In this document: positions 30,221 to 40,319 of the stretch, piece after piece
Layout: each line of letters opens with the position of its first letter
Numbering within the stretch: the first letter of the stretch is position 1
NCBI GenBank assembly: GCA_018396775.1
Contig: JAGTRF010000002.1
Span: forward strand, 14,069 to 78,068
Source of the DNA: Candidatus Bathyarchaeota archaeon
GTDB taxonomy: Archaea > Thermoproteota > Bathyarchaeia > 40CM-2-53-6 > DTDX01
Direction: 5' to 3'
Length of the DNA: 64,000 nucleotides
Made by a program: the position numbers and the translations under genes
The notes under the pieces: model-generated
Told to the model about the DNA's origin: nothing
What the model saw: only the letters and a program-made list of their open reading frames with translations
Database searches by the model: none

Positions 30221-31141
30221 TTAAAATAAGTTTTTGCTTGTTACTTCTGGATATTTTTCTTTCAGCATTTCAAAATGCTTTAAACACTCGTTAAATTGGA
30301 ATCTCGCGTAGCTATTAAAATCGAAATCTAACTCTGAAACATGATATTGCATAACTGCCCATAAACCCCACCAAAGCCTAGATGGAAGCTTATATAAATC
30401 TACTCTACGCTTCTCTCTTGCTTTTCCATCGCCAAAATATAATTGCTTTATATGTTCCTCCTCATCACTTGTTAAATTATCAAGCTCTGCAATAAAATCA
30501 GCGATATCAAAGCATGGGTCATTCATCCCTGCATACTCCCAATCAATAATGTAAACTTTATCATTAACGAAAATGAAGTTTTCAGGTAAAAGATCATTAT
30601 GGCATGGAGCAAGCTTTATAGGCTCATCTTTACGCGCTTCAACCTCTATGTTTTTAACTGTTTTAACCATTTCATCTACTGGGTAATCGCTTAAAATAGC
30701 CTTGCCGTAAGGTTTAAGCAAACTATTATATCTTTCAACCTCTCTAAAGATATTAAATATATTGCAAAGTTGAACGTTAGAATTGTGAATTAACTTTATA
30801 GCGTTAACAGCTTTCCATCTAACTTTAGGATCTTTAAAATCTTCTTTTTTAGCTACCTTTCCAGAAATAAACTCAATAATCGATATTTGAGTATCTTCTT
30901 TATGCTCGTAAAGCTTTGGAGTTATTTCAGTCGCTTCTAAAGCTTTTAAATTTTTTATTTCAGCTTCCCTATCTATAAAAAGCTCTGTTTTTTTACCTGG
31001 AATTCTAACCTTATATTTTCTGCCTTCTTCATCCTCCACTAAATAAAGCTCGTTCGTTATTCCACCTTTAAGCTTAACAACCTTCACCGGTTTCTCAAGC
31101 CATTCACGCCTTAAGCTTTTAATAAACGTTTCATCAATCAA
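30221..31141 (-). CDS. Choline/ethanolamine kinase-like phosphotransferase (LicA-like)
   Basis: GGITN, CHNDLLPEN, IIDWEYAGMND. Confidence 0.88.
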   Translation of the reverse strand: MIDETFIKSLRREWLEKPVKVVKLKGGITNELYLVEDEEGRKYKVRIPGKKTELFIDREAEIKNLKALEATEITPKLYEHKEDTQISIIEFISGKVAKKEDFKDPKVRWKAVNAIKLIHNSNVQLCNIFNIFREVERYNSLLKPYGKAILSDYPVDEMVKTVKNIEVEARKDEPIKLAPCHNDLLPENFIFVNDKVYIIDWEYAGMNDPCFDIADFIAELDNLTSDEEEHIKQLYFGDGKAREKRRVDLYKLPSRLWWGLWAVMQYHVSELDFDFNSYARFQFNECLKHFEMLKEKYPEVTSKNLF

Positions 31142-31257
31142 TTTTGCTTCCTTACTATAAATTATTTAGAAGCATTTTAAGGTAATGTTTATCGATTGAA
31201 AACTTAAGGTAAAGGTTTTAAAAAGCTTTACATGGAAAGAGAAAAATATTAAGGGTT

Positions 31258-31665
31258 TTAAGGTGGAGGATAAGGTGCATAAGCCACTCTTAAAACCCAG
31301 TATAATAAATCTTTTTCTGTAATTATCCCTTCAAGCTTTCCATTCTTCACTACTGGAAGACGTCTAATATTGTTTTTTCGCATAAGTTGAAGGGCTTCAA
31401 AGATTCCTGTATCTGGAGAAACAGTAATTAAAGGTTTACTCATAACATCTTCAGTCTTCTTATCTAATGTTTCCTTATTTGCAACAAGTTTTTTCGCAAT
31501 ATCTCTTTCCGTTAATATTCCTACTGGTTTACCGTTTTTAACGATTAAAACGCTTCCTATACCTTTTTCAGCCATTATTTGAAGGGCTTTTAACACTTTT
31601 TCTGAAGCATCAACTGTTATCACGTTTTTACTCATTATTTGAGATACGAAATCTTCACTAGCCAA
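31258..31665 (-). CDS. CBS-domain pair protein
   Basis: Tandem CBS motifs GILTERD and GIITEKD. Confidence 0.9.
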   Translation of the reverse strand: MASEDFVSQIMSKNVITVDASEKVLKALQIMAEKGIGSVLIVKNGKPVGILTERDIAKKLVANKETLDKKTEDVMSKPLITVSPDTGIFEALQLMRKNNIRRLPVVKNGKLEGIITEKDLLYWVLRVAYAPYPPP

Positions 31666-31823
31666 TTTTCTCCCTCCAATCGCATTTAATTCTATTGTTT
31701 AAGGCAGAGTTTAGATATAAAGTTTTAGGTTAAATATTTGCTGTTTTATAAAGCTTTATGAAAGTTTAACGCTTATATCTCACGTTTTAATTTAATTGTT
31801 AAAAGAGTTAAAAAAGATTAAAA

Positions 31824-33407
31824 ATGAATCAAAAGCTTTTAAATTGCAAATTACTCCTTGAAAAGCTTAAAGATAAAGAGTTAAGCGTTAAAGAAGTTAA
31901 TGAATTAAAACTGAAGATAGCGAAGCTCCTTAATCTTGAAAGAATTTTAAGCAACTCTGAAATTTTATCTATACTGAATGCTGAAGAAAGAAAAGCTTTA
32001 CTAAGATTACTTCAATTAAAAAAGGTTAGAAGCATTTCAGGCGTAAATATAGTAGCGGTTATGGCAGCTCCTTACAAATGTCCTCATGGAAAATGCGTTT
32101 ATTGTCCTTCTGAACCAGGGGTTCCAGAAAGCTATACTGGTCATGAACCATCTTCTATGAGAGGTCTTCAATATAATTTTAATCCTTATCTTCAAGTTTT
32201 AAATAGAATAAAACAATTAACTGATATTGGGCATTTAGTAAGCAAGGTTGAGCTTATAATTCAAGGCGGCACCTTTCCAGCTATGCCTGTTTCTTATCAA
32301 AAAGATTTTGTTAAAAGTTGTTTAGAAGCTATTATTGGAGAAAAAACTGAATCTTTAGATGAAGCTAAAAAGAAAGCTGAAGAAAGCAAAATTAGAAATG
32401 TTGGATTAACAATTGAAACTAGACCAGACTGGTGTAAACAAAAGCATATAGATTTAATGCTTGAATTAGGCGCTACTAGAGTTGAAATAGGAGTTCAAAC
32501 TTTATATGATGATATTTATAAATTAGTTGAAAGAGGGCATACAGTTCAAGATGTTATAAATGCTTTTAGAATGGCTAAAGATTCAGGTTTAAAAATTGTA
32601 GCGCATATGATGCCTGGTTTACCTGAATGCAATTTTGAAAGAGATTTAAAAGCTTTTCAAATTTTATTTAAAGATTCAAATTTTAAGCCTGATATGCTTA
32701 AAATTTATCCATGCTTAGTTTTAAAAAACACGAAGCTTTACGAATGGTGGAGAGAAGGAAAATATAGGCCTTATTCTACAGAGGAAGCGGTAGAGTTAAT
32801 TGTTAAAGTGAAGGCTAATATCCCTAAATGGGTTAGAATAATGAGAATTCAAAGAGATATTCCAGCTAAATTAATTGTCGCAGGAGTTAGAAAAAGTAAT
32901 TTAAGAGAGTTAGCTCAAGAAGAATTAAGACGGAAAGGTTTAAAATGCAATTGCATAAGATGTAGAGAAATAGGCCATAAAATGTTAAGGGAAAATGTTA
33001 AACCTAAATTTGAAAGCCTTCAACTTAATATTGAAGAGTACAAGGCTTCTGAAGGAGTTGAATTGTTTATTTCAATTGATGAACCAAGCTTGGACGCGTT
33101 AATTGGTTATTTAAGGCTTAGAATTCCATCAGAAAAAGCTGAAAGAATTGAGTTAACTGATGGAAAAACTTCTATAGTTAGAGAGCTTAAAGTTTGCGGT
33201 CCAGTAGTGCCTTTAGGAGAGCATTTTAAAGATGCTTGGCAGCATAAAGGTTTAGGTGCAAAACTGATTTTTGAAGCTGAAAAAATTAGCTTAGAAAAAT
33301 TTGATTGCAAAAAAATTCTTGTTTTAAGCGGTTTAGGCGTAAAACATTATTATAAACGTTTAGGTTACTATCCTGAAGGCCCTTATATGGCTAAAAAGCT
33401 TATTTAA
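31824..33407 (+). CDS. elp3: tRNA uridine(34) acetyltransferase Elp3
   Basis: CPHGKCVYCP, ETRPD, C-terminal GNAT QHKGLG. Confidence 0.93.
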   Translation: MNQKLLNCKLLLEKLKDKELSVKEVNELKLKIAKLLNLERILSNSEILSILNAEERKALLRLLQLKKVRSISGVNIVAVMAAPYKCPHGKCVYCPSEPGVPESYTGHEPSSMRGLQYNFNPYLQVLNRIKQLTDIGHLVSKVELIIQGGTFPAMPVSYQKDFVKSCLEAIIGEKTESLDEAKKKAEESKIRNVGLTIETRPDWCKQKHIDLMLELGATRVEIGVQTLYDDIYKLVERGHTVQDVINAFRMAKDSGLKIVAHMMPGLPECNFERDLKAFQILFKDSNFKPDMLKIYPCLVLKNTKLYEWWREGKYRPYSTEEAVELIVKVKANIPKWVRIMRIQRDIPAKLIVAGVRKSNLRELAQEELRRKGLKCNCIRCREIGHKMLRENVKPKFESLQLNIEEYKASEGVELFISIDEPSLDALIGYLRLRIPSEKAERIELTDGKTSIVRELKVCGPVVPLGEHFKDAWQHKGLGAKLIFEAEKISLEKFDCKKILVLSGLGVKHYYKRLGYYPEGPYMAKKLI

Positions 33408-33423
33408 AAAGGGGTTAAATGTT

Positions 33424-34749
33424 TTGCCTGAATTAACAGGTTATAAGGGGTTAGCTTTAGAGAAGCTAAAGGAAGCTTCAGCTTCTTTAGGCGATGAAAT
33501 AAAAATTATTAAGGGCGAAAAAATTTATAAAGGAATTTTAATTCCAAGACCTGAATACCAAAATAGCGATTATATAGTTTTAAAGCTGAAAAGCGGCTAT
33601 AACATAGGTGTAAAGGTTGATTCAAGCGTTAAAATAGAGGTTTTAGGGTTTAAAGTTGAACCTAAATTCGTTAAGCCCCCTTCTCCAGAAACAAAAGAAG
33701 GTTTACCTCAAGTTTCCATAATTAGCACTGGTGGAACAATAGCTAGCAGAGTTGATTATAGAACTGGAGCTGTTGAACCTGCTTTAAATGCTGAAGACAT
33801 ATATAGCATAGTTCCAGAGCTTTCTAAAATAGCTAAAATAAACACTGAAATTCTTTATAATGAGTTTAGCGAAAACTTTACGCCAATTCATTGGGAAAAT
33901 ATTGCTAAAGCTGCAGCTAAAAATATTGAAGAAGGAGTTGATGGAATAGTTATATGCCATGGAACAGATACCATGGCATATACAGCTGCGGCTTTAAGCT
34001 TTGCTTTACAAAATCTTCCAGTTCCAGTAGTTTTAGTAGGTTCTCAAAGATCTTCTGATAGACCAAGCTCCGATGCTGCTGCAAACCTTATAGGCGCGGT
34101 TTCTATCTCGGCTAAAGCGCCTTTTGCTGAAGTTGCGATAGTTATGCATAAGGAAACATCTGATGATAAATTAATTGTTATTAGGGGGGTTAAAGCTAGA
34201 AAATGTCATACAAGCGCTAGAAATGCTTTTAAATCTATAAACGCTCAACCGATTGCAGAATATGATTTATTAAATGAAGAAATTAAATTTTTAAATGAAG
34301 ATTTTAAACCTAGAGTGAAAAGTGAAAAACTCGTTTTAAAACCAAAGTTTAACATGAAAGCTGCTTTAATAAAGTTTTACCCTGGAATGAACCATGAAAT
34401 TATAGACTTCTTTGTAGATAAAGGTTATCTTGGTTTAATTCTTGAAGGAACAGGGTTAGGACATGTAAGTCGATACTGCTATAACTCTATAAAAAGAGCT
34501 GTTGAAGCAGGATTATTTATTGGAATGACTTCTCAATGCCTTTGGGGAAGAATCAACATGCATGTTTATTATACTGGAAGAGATTTATTAAATTTAGGTG
34601 TAACCTCGCTTGAAGATATGCTTCCTGAAACAGCTCTAGTTAAATTAATGTGGGTTCTTGCTCAAACTTCTGAGCTGAATGAAGTTAAAACCTTAATGTT
34701 GAAAAATATTTCTGGAGAATTTTCTGGCAAGAGATGGATTGAGGTGTAA
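33424..34749 (+). CDS. gatD: Glu-tRNA(Gln) amidotransferase subunit D
   Basis: STGGTIAS, HGTDT, SQRSSDRPSSD. Confidence 0.96.
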   Translation: MPELTGYKGLALEKLKEASASLGDEIKIIKGEKIYKGILIPRPEYQNSDYIVLKLKSGYNIGVKVDSSVKIEVLGFKVEPKFVKPPSPETKEGLPQVSIISTGGTIASRVDYRTGAVEPALNAEDIYSIVPELSKIAKINTEILYNEFSENFTPIHWENIAKAAAKNIEEGVDGIVICHGTDTMAYTAAALSFALQNLPVPVVLVGSQRSSDRPSSDAAANLIGAVSISAKAPFAEVAIVMHKETSDDKLIVIRGVKARKCHTSARNAFKSINAQPIAEYDLLNEEIKFLNEDFKPRVKSEKLVLKPKFNMKAALIKFYPGMNHEIIDFFVDKGYLGLILEGTGLGHVSRYCYNSIKRAVEAGLFIGMTSQCLWGRINMHVYYTGRDLLNLGVTSLEDMLPETALVKLMWVLAQTSELNEVKTLMLKNISGEFSGKRWIEV

Positions 34750-34751
34750 TT

Positions 34752-36647
34752 ATGGCTTTAAATTATGAAGAAGCTGGATTAAAAGTTGGTATTGAAATTC
34801 ATTGTCAACTTGATACTGAAAGAAAGCTTTTTTGCAATTGCATAACAAAGCTTTCTACCGAACCTCCAAGCCTTAAATTTATCAGGCGTTTAAGGCCTAC
34901 TCAAAGCGAGCTTGGCCAAATAGATCCTGCTGCCTTATTCGAGTTTAAAAAAGGAAAAATGATTGTTTATGAAGCTGACCCTGAATCATGCTGTTTAGTT
35001 GAAATGGATGAAGAGCCTCCTCATGAATTAAATAAAGAAGCTTTAGAAGCAGCTTTAACTATCGCTCTTCTTTTAAATGCTGAACCTATAGAAGAAATTC
35101 ATGTGATGAGGAAAGTTGTAATAGACGGCTCTAATACAACAGGTTTTCAAAGAACAGCGGCCGTTGCTTTAAATGGTTTTATTCAAGTTGAAAATAAAAA
35201 GATTCAAATTGAACATGTAAGCTTAGAGGAAGATGCTGCTAGAAAAACCGGTGAATCTGGGTTAACAGTATCTTATAGAATAGATAGATTGGGAATCCCT
35301 CTTGTTGAAGTTGCTACAGCTCCAGTTATAACGAATCCAATTGAAGCTCAAAATGTAGCTTTAGCTATTGGAAGAATTTTAAAAGCTACAAAAAGAGTTA
35401 AAAGAGGAATTGGAACAATAAGGCAGGATCTTAACGTTTCAATTAAAGAAGGTGCTTTAATAGAAATTAAAGGAGTTCAAAAACTGGAGTTAATAGGGAA
35501 AGTTGTGGAATATGAGGTGCAACGTCAGTTTTCATTAATAGAAATAAAAAATGAATTAAGAAAAAGAGGGTTAACGCTTGATTTAATTCAAAATGAAATT
35601 TTTGATGTAACATCAATTCTAAAGGATACGAAAAGCAGAGTAATTAAAGAAGCTTTCAGTAAAGGTGGAGTAGCTTTAGCTGTTAAGCTTCCTAAATTTG
35701 CTGGATTATTAAAGAAGGAATTAATTCCTAACATAAGGCTTGGAACAGAAATGGCTTATCGAGCTATATTCGCTGGTAAAGTTAAAGGTTTATTTCATAC
35801 AGATGAATTACCTGGATATGGAATTTCAAAAGAAGAAGTTGAAAAAATAATTGAAACTCTTAAATTAAATAATGAAGATGCAGCTGTGATTATAGCTGAT
35901 TTAAAAGAGAATGCTGAAGATGCTTTAAAAGCGGTTATTGAAAGAGCTAAAGAAGCTTTTTTAGGCGTTCCAGAGGAAACAAGAGCAGCAAACCCGGATG
36001 GAACAACTCATTACATGCGTCCTAGACCTGGAGCTGCAAGAATGTATCCTGAAACAGACATCCCTTTAATTCAAATAACTAAAGATATGCTTACTAAAAT
36101 TGAAAAGAATCTTCCAGAACTGCCTGAAGAAATTGTTAATCGAGTGGTTAAAATTTATGGGATAAACCTTAAATTAGCTCAGCAGTTATTAGATTCAGAT
36201 AAGCTTTATTTATTTGAAGAGCTTACTTCTAAAGTTAAGATTTCTCCCCCCTTTATTGCTACAGTGTTGACTGAAACTTTAAAAAGCCTTGAAAGAGAAG
36301 GTTTTGAAATTGAAAAAATAACGGATGAACAAATAAAAGAAACTTTCAAGCTTATTGATGAAGGTGCTACAGCTAAAGAATCTATAGAAGAAATTTTCAA
36401 ATGGCTTGCTAAAAACGAGAATGCCAACCCTAAAGATGCTTTAATTAATTTAGGATTAAAAATGCTTAGCGAAAAAGAAATTGAAAAAATCATTTCAGAA
36501 ATTATTAATGAAAATTTAAGCCTTATCAAAGCTAGCGGTGAAGCTGCCTTTAAAAAATTAATGGGTTTAGCTATGAGCAGGCTAAGAGGAAAAGCAGATT
36601 CAAAAAAAGTTATGGAGCTTATTAAAAAAGAGTTGAAAGCTGTTTAA
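34752..36647 (+). CDS. gatE: Glu-tRNA(Gln) amidotransferase subunit E
   Basis: GIEIH, DGSNTTGFQRT, RPRPGAARMYPETD. Confidence 0.96.
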   Translation: MALNYEEAGLKVGIEIHCQLDTERKLFCNCITKLSTEPPSLKFIRRLRPTQSELGQIDPAALFEFKKGKMIVYEADPESCCLVEMDEEPPHELNKEALEAALTIALLLNAEPIEEIHVMRKVVIDGSNTTGFQRTAAVALNGFIQVENKKIQIEHVSLEEDAARKTGESGLTVSYRIDRLGIPLVEVATAPVITNPIEAQNVALAIGRILKATKRVKRGIGTIRQDLNVSIKEGALIEIKGVQKLELIGKVVEYEVQRQFSLIEIKNELRKRGLTLDLIQNEIFDVTSILKDTKSRVIKEAFSKGGVALAVKLPKFAGLLKKELIPNIRLGTEMAYRAIFAGKVKGLFHTDELPGYGISKEEVEKIIETLKLNNEDAAVIIADLKENAEDALKAVIERAKEAFLGVPEETRAANPDGTTHYMRPRPGAARMYPETDIPLIQITKDMLTKIEKNLPELPEEIVNRVVKIYGINLKLAQQLLDSDKLYLFEELTSKVKISPPFIATVLTETLKSLEREGFEIEKITDEQIKETFKLIDEGATAKESIEEIFKWLAKNENANPKDALINLGLKMLSEKEIEKIISEIINENLSLIKASGEAAFKKLMGLAMSRLRGKADSKKVMELIKKELKAV

Positions 36648-36652
36648 AGAAG

Positions 36653-36913
36653 CTAAACTTCCTCATCTTTTATTGGATTATAACCTAACCTTTTAATTCT
36701 TTCGAAATCATGTTGAAGAAAAGGCGTTAAAGCAGCTTCTTCACCTATATATATTAATGGAAACCCGCATATACTGCATACTCTTTCTTCAATAGTTGCC
36801 CCCACTCTTGGAGCATAGAAATAATTTGTTAAAACTGCTATGCCTCTAGCATCTGGATGACTTAAAAAATTTAAGCAATCAAAGAAAAGCCAAAGATTCC
36901 ATCTTTCCTCCAT
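36653..36913 (-). CDS. Small hypothetical protein, possibly Zn-binding
   Basis: GGAGG RBS; C...H and CSICG. Confidence 0.65.
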   Translation of the reverse strand: MEERWNLWLFFDCLNFLSHPDARGIAVLTNYFYAPRVGATIEERVCSICGFPLIYIGEEAALTPFLQHDFERIKRLGYNPIKDEEV

Positions 36914-36976
36914 TCATAAATTCCTCCTTTAAACCTTAATTTATCATAAGCTCCATTTAAACTATTATGTCTAATT

Positions 36977-37651
36977 TTATTTACATGCAGTTTTAGCTTT
37001 ATGTCTTTCCTCTAATTCTTTAAAAATTTTCTTTAAGCTTATTCCTTTGTTGGCTAATAAAATTAAAACATGAAAAATTAAATCTGAAGCTTCAAAAACA
37101 ACTTCTTTTTCATCGCTTTTTTTTGAAGCTAAAACAAGCTCAAAAGCTTCTTCACCAATTTTTTGTAAAATAGCATCTTCACCTTCACTTGAAAGCTTAG
37201 AAACATAAGATTTTTCATTAAAGTTTTCTATTCTCTCTACGATAACTTCATAAATTTTTTCTAGAAATCTTCCATTAACAACCCCCTTCCCCTCTAAAGA
37301 GAAAGGTGAATTGTGAAAGCAGGATTCTTCCCCAGTATGACAGCAAACACCAATTTGATGAACTTTAAATAAAATAGCATCGTTATCACAGTCTAAAATA
37401 ACGTTTTCCACTATAGAATAATGTCCAGATTCCTCGCCTTTAAGCCATACTCTCCTTTTTGTTCTACTCCAATAATGCATTTTTCCAGTTTTTAACGTAA
37501 GCTTTAAAGCTTCTTCATTCATGAAAGCTTGCATTAAAACTTTTTCACTATCCTTATCTTGAACAACTACTGGAACTAAACCATTCATTTTTTTAAAATC
37601 AACTTTTGAAACAAGCTCTTCTATTTCTCCTTCCGATAACTTTAAAACCAT
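36977..37651 (-). CDS. hisIE: Phosphoribosyl-AMP cyclohydrolase/phosphoribosyl-ATP pyrophosphatase
   Basis: WLKGEESG, DCDND, CHTG; KIGEEAFE, EASDLIFH. Confidence 0.95.
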   Translation of the reverse strand: MVLKLSEGEIEELVSKVDFKKMNGLVPVVVQDKDSEKVLMQAFMNEEALKLTLKTGKMHYWSRTKRRVWLKGEESGHYSIVENVILDCDNDAILFKVHQIGVCCHTGEESCFHNSPFSLEGKGVVNGRFLEKIYEVIVERIENFNEKSYVSKLSSEGEDAILQKIGEEAFELVLASKKSDEKEVVFEASDLIFHVLILLANKGISLKKIFKELEERHKAKTACK

Positions 37652-37787
37652 TTTTATACAACTCCTAAATCTTACTTAATTTCTCTTTGTTACTTATTAA
37701 TTAAAGCTATGAATATTTTTTTGATAGGTTTTTTTGACAGTTATAATAATCTAAAAAATCTTTACACTTTTGTTTAAGCCAATTAAT

Positions 37788-38228
37788 TTACTTAGAAAAA
37801 TTAAACTCAATATTTTTCAAAATTGCATCCACCAATTCGTTAGCTCTCTTCGCTTTTTTTAAAGCTTTATAAGCTTTTTCTTCGTTATAAAGTTCCCAAG
37901 GTGTAATACCTTCTGTAGGTTTACCATAAGTAGCAATTCCATGTTCAGGTGCTAATTCATGAGCTAAGTACGCTAACTCTTCAATAAAGTTTTTTTGTTC
38001 TAGTGATAATTCATGCATAACTTCTATCAATTCACTTGATGGATCATGAGTCCAACTTGGTATTCTTTTTAAAGCAATTATAGCTTTAGCGGCACTTTCA
38101 ATAGATAATTGTGAGGCTTCAACACTTTCTTTATAGTCACCTGTATTTAAAAATTTTTCCGCTTTTTTCAAGTATTCTAAAGCTAATTTGCATCTATAAT
38201 TCACTTCTGAGGTTGGATCGATTTTCAA
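37788..38228 (-). CDS. HEPN domain protein
   Basis: SQLSIESAAKA...WTHDP; paired with MNT. Confidence 0.85.
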   Translation of the reverse strand: MKIDPTSEVNYRCKLALEYLKKAEKFLNTGDYKESVEASQLSIESAAKAIIALKRIPSWTHDPSSELIEVMHELSLEQKNFIEELAYLAHELAPEHGIATYGKPTEGITPWELYNEEKAYKALKKAKRANELVDAILKNIEFNFSK

Positions 38229-38231
38229 AAA

Positions 38232-38681
38232 TTACACCATTATTGTAGTAAAATATTTATCTTTTGGCTTCCATCCGTATTTACCATCTTTTGTTCTATA
38301 TCTTTCAAGTTTATCTTTAACAGCATCCTTTATGCGTTTAAATAATTTCTCAAGTTTTCCAGAAGGATCATAAAGTATTATAGAATCCCATGCGATATTT
38401 AAAAGCAATGGAGTTATCGTTAATTCCTCTTTAAAAAGATTCTCTTCATCAACATCTATTATGGTTATATCTCGTTTAAGAATATTGTATAAATGATGAT
38501 ATATTGTAAATCTTCTACCTTCTTCTTTAAACTCTTTAACGACTATGAAAAAATCAGCATCACTATATTCGCAAGCTTCATTTCTAGCCCAGCTTCCAAA
38601 TAATGCTATACCCGTAATTTTATCTCCTAAAGCATTAACAAGCGCTTTAGAAGCTTTATACGCTAATTCTATTGCTTGCAT
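38232..38681 (-). CDS. Minimal nucleotidyltransferase (MNT)
   Basis: LFGSWARN...SDAD. Confidence 0.85.
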   Translation of the reverse strand: MQAIELAYKASKALVNALGDKITGIALFGSWARNEACEYSDADFFIVVKEFKEEGRRFTIYHHLYNILKRDITIIDVDEENLFKEELTITPLLLNIAWDSIILYDPSGKLEKLFKRIKDAVKDKLERYRTKDGKYGWKPKDKYFTTIMV

Positions 38682-38791
38682 AACAATTTTATATATGACT
38701 ATAAGCTTAAAAGTTTTTATATTCCCTCAATAAAAGGCTTTGATTATAATAAATAAGATTTTTTTAAATTCTTTATGAGTGAGAAAAGCTT

Positions 38792-39601
38792 CTAATCTAA
38801 CCTAACTGGAATTCCCTGTTCTTTTAAAAATTTTTTAACTTCTAATATGCTGTATTCTTCTTCATGGAAAATAGAGGCTGCTAAAGCTGCATCAGCTTTA
38901 CCTTTTGTTAAAGCTTCTAAAATATGCTCTGGTTTTCCTGCACCTCCGCTTGCAATTATTGGGATGTTAACATTTTCGCTTATAGTTTTTGTTAATAGAA
39001 CATCATATCCATTTCTTGTTCCATCGTAATCCATGCTTGTAAGCAAGATTTCTCCAGCTCCAAGCTTTTCAACTTTTTTAGCCCATTCTATAGCGTCTAT
39101 ACCTGTAGGCGTTCTTCCCCCTTCTATATAAACTTCCCACCAGCATTTTCCTTGAGGAGTTTCAATTATATTCCTTCTTGGCTTACTTAACTTTTCATAA
39201 TTTCTTTTAGCATCTATAGCTATAACTATGCATTGTTTGCCGAAAGTTTCAGCAGCTTTTTTAATTAAGCTTGGATTTTTTACAGCGAAAGTATTTATAG
39301 AAACTTTATCTGCTCCTGAAGAAAGAATCACTCTTATATCTTTTAAGCTTCTTATTCCACCGCCAACAGTAAATGGAATAAAAACTTCTTCAGCTGTTCT
39401 TTTTACAGCATCTAAAAGTATATCTCTACGTTCATATGAAGCTGTAACATCTAAAAAAACAAGTTCATCTGCGCCTTGTTCGTTGTAAATCGCCGCTAAC
39501 TCCGCTGGATCCCCTTCAATCCTTAAATTTTTAAATTTTATTCCTTTAACAACTTTTCCTTTTTCCACATCTAAACATGGAATTATTCTTTTAGTTAACA
39601 T
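38792..39601 (-). CDS. hisF: Imidazole glycerol phosphate synthase cyclase subunit
   Basis: [23 protein letters not shown]. Confidence 0.96.
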   Translation of the reverse strand: MLTKRIIPCLDVEKGKVVKGIKFKNLRIEGDPAELAAIYNEQGADELVFLDVTASYERRDILLDAVKRTAEEVFIPFTVGGGIRSLKDIRVILSSGADKVSINTFAVKNPSLIKKAAETFGKQCIVIAIDAKRNYEKLSKPRRNIIETPQGKCWWEVYIEGGRTPTGIDAIEWAKKVEKLGAGEILLTSMDYDGTRNGYDVLLTKTISENVNIPIIASGGAGKPEHILEALTKGKADAALAASIFHEEEYSILEVKKFLKEQGIPVRLD

Positions 39602-40313
39602 TTTTCGCAGCCTCTATTGCCTCTTTTAAAGTGAATTTTCCTTCATAAAGAGCTCTTCCAACTATAACTCCATCAACTCCAATTTTAGATAATTCTTTAA
39701 TATCTTTTAAACTTCCTACGCCTCCTGAAGCTATAAACTTTATGTTTGATAAATATGCTGCTTTAGAAATTTTATCTATTGATGGACCTAATAAAGTTCC
39801 ATCTTTATCGATTAAAGTTAAAATTAAAACTCCAACATTAAGCTTTTTAATTTTCGATATTAAATCTAAATAAGTTAGATTTAACTCTTTTCTCCAACCT
39901 TTAACAGCTATTTTCTCTCCTTTAACATCTATAGCTGCTGCTGTTTTTTCCGGTCCAAATTTATCTGAAAAGCTTTTTACTAAGATGGGATTTTCAATTA
40001 ATGCTGTTCCAAATATAACTCTACTAGCTCCATAACTTATAAGTTTTTCAGCTTTATCAAATGAATTTACTCCGCCTCCAACTTGAACTTTAACTTTAGC
40101 CTCTTTTAAAATCTGTTTTATAACATTCATGTTTTCTCTAAGATTTAAAGCAGCATCTAAATCTATTACATGAATCCATTCTGCTCCATCTTGAGTAAAT
40201 TTTTTAAGCGGAATCAATGGGTCATCAAAATAAACTTTTTTTGTTTCAGCTTTCCCCATAAATAGTCTAACGCATTTTCCATCCATTAAATCTATAGCAG
40301 GTATAACTATCGT
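39591..40313 (-). CDS. hisA: ProFAR isomerase; real start appears to be upstream of the ATG at 40286 (ACG 40313 or ATA 40310)
   Basis: The upstream in-frame codons encode the conserved IVIPAIDL before MDGKCVRL. Confidence 0.9.
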   Translation of the reverse strand, partial: TIVIPAIDLMDGKCVRLFMGKAETKKVYFDDPLIPLKKFTQDGAEWIHVIDLDAALNLRENMNVIKQILKEAKVKVQVGGGVNSFDKAEKLISYGASRVIFGTALIENPILVKSFSDKFGPEKTAAAIDVKGEKIAVKGWRKELNLTYLDLISKIKKLNVGVLILTLIDKDGTLLGPSIDKISKAAYLSNIKFIASGGVGSLKDIKELSKIGVDGVIVGRALYEGKFTLKEAIEAAKNVN

Positions 40314-40319
40314 AAGCTT

